Part shown: positions 61,179 to 64,000 of the stretch, piece after piece
Layout: the number at the start of each line of letters is the position of its first letter
Numbering within the stretch: position 1 is the first letter of the stretch
Source: Candidatus Poribacteria bacterium
GTDB lineage: Bacteria > Poribacteria > WGA-4E > PCPOR2b
Assembly (NCBI GenBank): GCA_965218095.1
Contig: OZ244587.1
Coordinates: 640,001 to 704,000, forward strand
DNA: 64,000 nt
Direction: 5' to 3'
The notes under the pieces: model-generated
The model's input: the letters and a program-made list of their open reading frames with translations, nothing else
What the model was told of the DNA's origin: nothing
The model's database searches: none
Program-made: the position numbers and the translations under genes

Positions 61179-61647
61179 ATTCTTCTCCTGCGCTGATGGA
61201 CTCACGATTGGAATAAGTTAATTCTGGGATACTTGGCGATAATGATAACATTTTTGAATTATAGATGTCAAGCGGCGTACATGATAGTTAGAAATTCCCC
61301 ACGCATGGGCTCAATCAATTTTACCGAGGGGCTGACCCAGAAAAAACAGGTACAGACAGACTTCGAGTATGAGTCGTCGGCAATGCTCACGGTTTTGCCG
61401 ACAACTGAGTAGAGCCACCTCCTTTCAATTCGTAGTTTTGGGGTGAATGTATCACCGAATCATTTCATCACAAAGTTTACGACCAATAACACCGAAATTC
61501 AACCTGTTTTTTCTCGTGGGGAATTTCTACATGATAGTTTGGCAGACGATTTTCGATTGCCCACTTCCCCAATCTGTGCTATCATAACGGAAAGGTGAAA
61601 CGTGAAGGACAATGACACACAATGAATTGAAGAGGGAATGCTTTCTT

Positions 61648-63156
61648 ATGAGACAGTAGATTTTTCTCACCTGTTGTTTGCTTTTCATGTCAATCGGAGG
61701 TGCCGTAGGGCAATGGGTGAAAATCGATCCGGCGGAGGTTGAGAAAATGATGCAGTTGCCGCAAGATGATTGGTTAAACCTAACACTGATGGGCACGAAA
61801 ATTGGGTATGCCCATATCTACATGGAAAAATTGCAATATGAGGGTGAGGACGCACTTCGCATCCGCACCGACATGGTGATGGAGCTTAAGCGTACCGGCA
61901 CAGGGTTAAGACTCGCCACAACGCGAGAGTCGTATGTCGGTATGAATCTCGTCCCCCGCTACTTTATTGCGACATCGAATGAGACGGGGCAGGAAAAACG
62001 TGTTGAAGGGAAAGTCAAAGATGGGGTTGCCTACTTGGAGACAGCGCTTGCGGGAAAAACGACCCAGGACCAGAAGCCCGTTTCAGCCGATACGATTTTT
62101 GAACAGATGATCGGTTACCTCTTTCTGCGACGTGGCATCCGGGTCGGTGATGCGCATACCTTGCACGTATTCAACATGGACCTCATGAAGCCCGTGAAAA
62201 CAGATGTCAAAGTCCGTCGAGAAGACCGGATCGAATTTGAAGGCCAGATGGCACCTGTCTACGTCATCGATTATACGATGGACATCATGGGGGGACTAAC
62301 AACGACCGAGTGGTTGGGGCACGATGGCACAACTTATCGGATGGAGGTCGGGCTGATGGGGCTGAAAATGGTCATGGCGAAGACCAATATGCAAACGGCG
62401 CTCGGTGAATCGGGAGAAGTTGACCTCATCCTGAACACAAAGATCTTCGCCCAGGGGGGACACCCAACTCCCCACGCGCGTCGTTTCAGAGCGCGTTTGC
62501 GGTTGACCGAGGGGAAATTGGACCAGGCAGTTATGACTGATACCCGCCAGAAGCTGAACCTTGATGATGACCCTCACAATGGAACACTGGAAATCAACGT
62601 TCCTGTGGTCAGTACGTCTAATGTCCCAAATCTGCCGATTCGCTTCCCGCGCGGTCATGAAGATCTGGGGAAATTCCTGAAATCGACTGTCTACATCCAG
62701 GCCAATCACTCGGCGATTCGGGCGAAAGCCGTTGAGGTTCTTGATGGGGAGATGAATGCCTGGAAATCCGCAGAGAAACTCTGCCGATGGGTACACGAAA
62801 GCATCCATGACAAAAACCTGAAGATTGGGTTCGGTTCGGCGCTGCAGACGCTGGAATCGCTGGAGGGGGATTGCACAGAACATACCGTCCTAATGATTGC
62901 AATGGCACGCTCTGTTGGCATCCCTGCGAGGGTTTGTGCAGGGCTTGTATTTCAACGAGATGCCTTCTATTATCATTTTTGGCCAGAAGTGTATGTGGGC
63001 GAGTGGGTAGCGATGGAGCCAACACTTGATCAAATCCAGGCCGATGCAAATCATATTCAACTCGCCGGCAGCGAGTTGGAATCCGATTCCATGCTGGAAT
63101 TCGGCGAAGGGGTTATGCGGACGCTGAATCAGCTTGAGATTGAGGTGATTGAGTGA
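61648..63156 (+). CDS. Secreted transglutaminase-like protein (TAG at codon 4; pseudogene or downstream restart)
   Basis: GDCTEH, GIPAR, YHFWPEVY, MEPT; signal peptide MRQ*IFLTCCLLFMSIGGAVG in frame. Confidence 0.8.
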
Positions 63157-63281
63157 AATATCGTGTTTCACATTTTACGAAAGGACGTTCTATCTCACAA
63201 CAAGGATTACCATCGTTGAAATTACCACTCACCACTCTACCCCCATAGGGATTAACTTAACGGATCTAGCACACCTCTACG

Positions 63282-63397
63282 CCCGCCGATGAATCAGCGG
63301 GCTACCACGCGGCGTCCGATGAATCGGACTTTCGAGGGCCTAAACCCGATTTATCGGGCGCGGTTCTTTAGCGCGGTGACCTCATCACCGCGCTAAA
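63282..63397. repeat. Cluster of REP-like hairpins
   Basis: gtccgatgaatcggac, cccgatttatcggg, tttagcgcggtga-cctca-tcaccgcgctaaa. Confidence 0.7.
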
Positions 63398-63418
63398 CTT
63401 GATCCGTATGGAGGGTGA

Positions 63419-63847
63419 TCACCGGGGTGCACCCACATCCGCTCCCCGCATAAACTGCGCAAGTTCAGGGTAATTCTCACACTGTAGCCGTTTTTCTGTC
63501 CCCACTGCTTCCGAACCGCAGAAAATCTGTAGTTGCTTGGCGCAAACGGTCAAACCGTGAAGTGCCTTCCGCCGAGTTTCTGTCTCCGGGTCATCCAGCC
63601 AATCAGACAACGCCTCTGCAAAACCATCTCTCCACATCATCAGGGATTTGAAAAGGATAAATGTAGCGTCGTCGGGACGTGATGCGCGTAGTATCTCCAA
63701 TAACCGAGGAAAGGCGAGTTCTGGAAAACAGGCGAAGGCTTCAGCGAAAATTCCCTCCGACCAGATGGAATACCCACGTTTTTTGACTTCAGGCACAGGA
63801 CTTGGCTCAAGCGACAGCAACTGATCCACCTTTGACCATCCGCTCAC
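63419..63847 (-). CDS. Hypothetical helical (HEAT-like) protein or fragment
   Basis: ORF with WLDDPETETRRKALHGL; start uncertain. Confidence 0.35.
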   Translation of the reverse strand: MSGWSKVDQLLSLEPSPVPEVKKRGYSIWSEGIFAEAFACFPELAFPRLLEILRASRPDDATFILFKSLMMWRDGFAEALSDWLDDPETETRRKALHGLTVCAKQLQIFCGSEAVGTEKRLQCENYPELAQFMRGADVGAPR

Positions 63848-64000
63848 TTTGCGGAGGAGAATTTCTGCGAGGTGTTAGGTAATTTGCAGTGACAGCTTTC
63901 GTATGCTTCCGGAGTTCCATTGTGGGGTAACTCCGACTTATTGATGGGGAAAAGACGTTGACGCTACTGATTGACTGTGGCAAAATCAGATCAGCATTAA

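Noticed and set aside
1-64000. Genome-wide TAG reassignment
   Set aside because: TAG ends genes at conserved C-termini (e.g. 10505, 25860), and TAA/TGA nonsense codons and frameshifts occur in similar pseudogenes

Overview
Bacterial chromosomal window, most likely Candidatus Poribacteria (inferred from the NYPNPFNPETWIPF C-terminal domain at 25.6 kb and the repeat content). Contents in order: (1) 0-13 kb, a minus-strand catabolic cluster with hydantoinase/oxoprolinase A, two B paralogs, DUF3830, an Asp/Glu-racemase-like protein, an FAD oxidoreductase, an acetoacetate-decarboxylase-like protein, an enolase-superfamily dehydratase and a PfkB kinase. (2) vWA/BatA, coaE, DUF2851, YCF48 and an ECF sigma/anti-sigma/HtrA locus whose HtrA lacks the catalytic His. 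(3) A cobalamin riboswitch with promoter and attenuator ahead of three unusual envelope genes, a putative B12 uptake system. (4) The best candidate for an undescribed system, an AT-richer operon at 34.07-39.83 kb: DUF6884/YaaA-like, unknown, PIN nuclease, unknown, BrxD-like AAA+ ATPase, a divergent tRNA-guanine-transglycosylase (TGT/DpdA-like) protein and a HhH glycosylase-like protein. It overlaps the stop of an AmmeMemoRadiSam radical SAM gene and is probably a guanine base-exchange/defence system. (5) miaB, five IS copies from four families with visible inverted repeats, an IS-disrupted HNH nuclease, purC, many pseudogenes and toxin-antitoxin fragments, and several families of short palindromic repeats, some inserted in frame in coding sequence. 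No rRNA, tRNA or CRISPR array was seen. All family calls come from motif recognition by eye, not from database searches.
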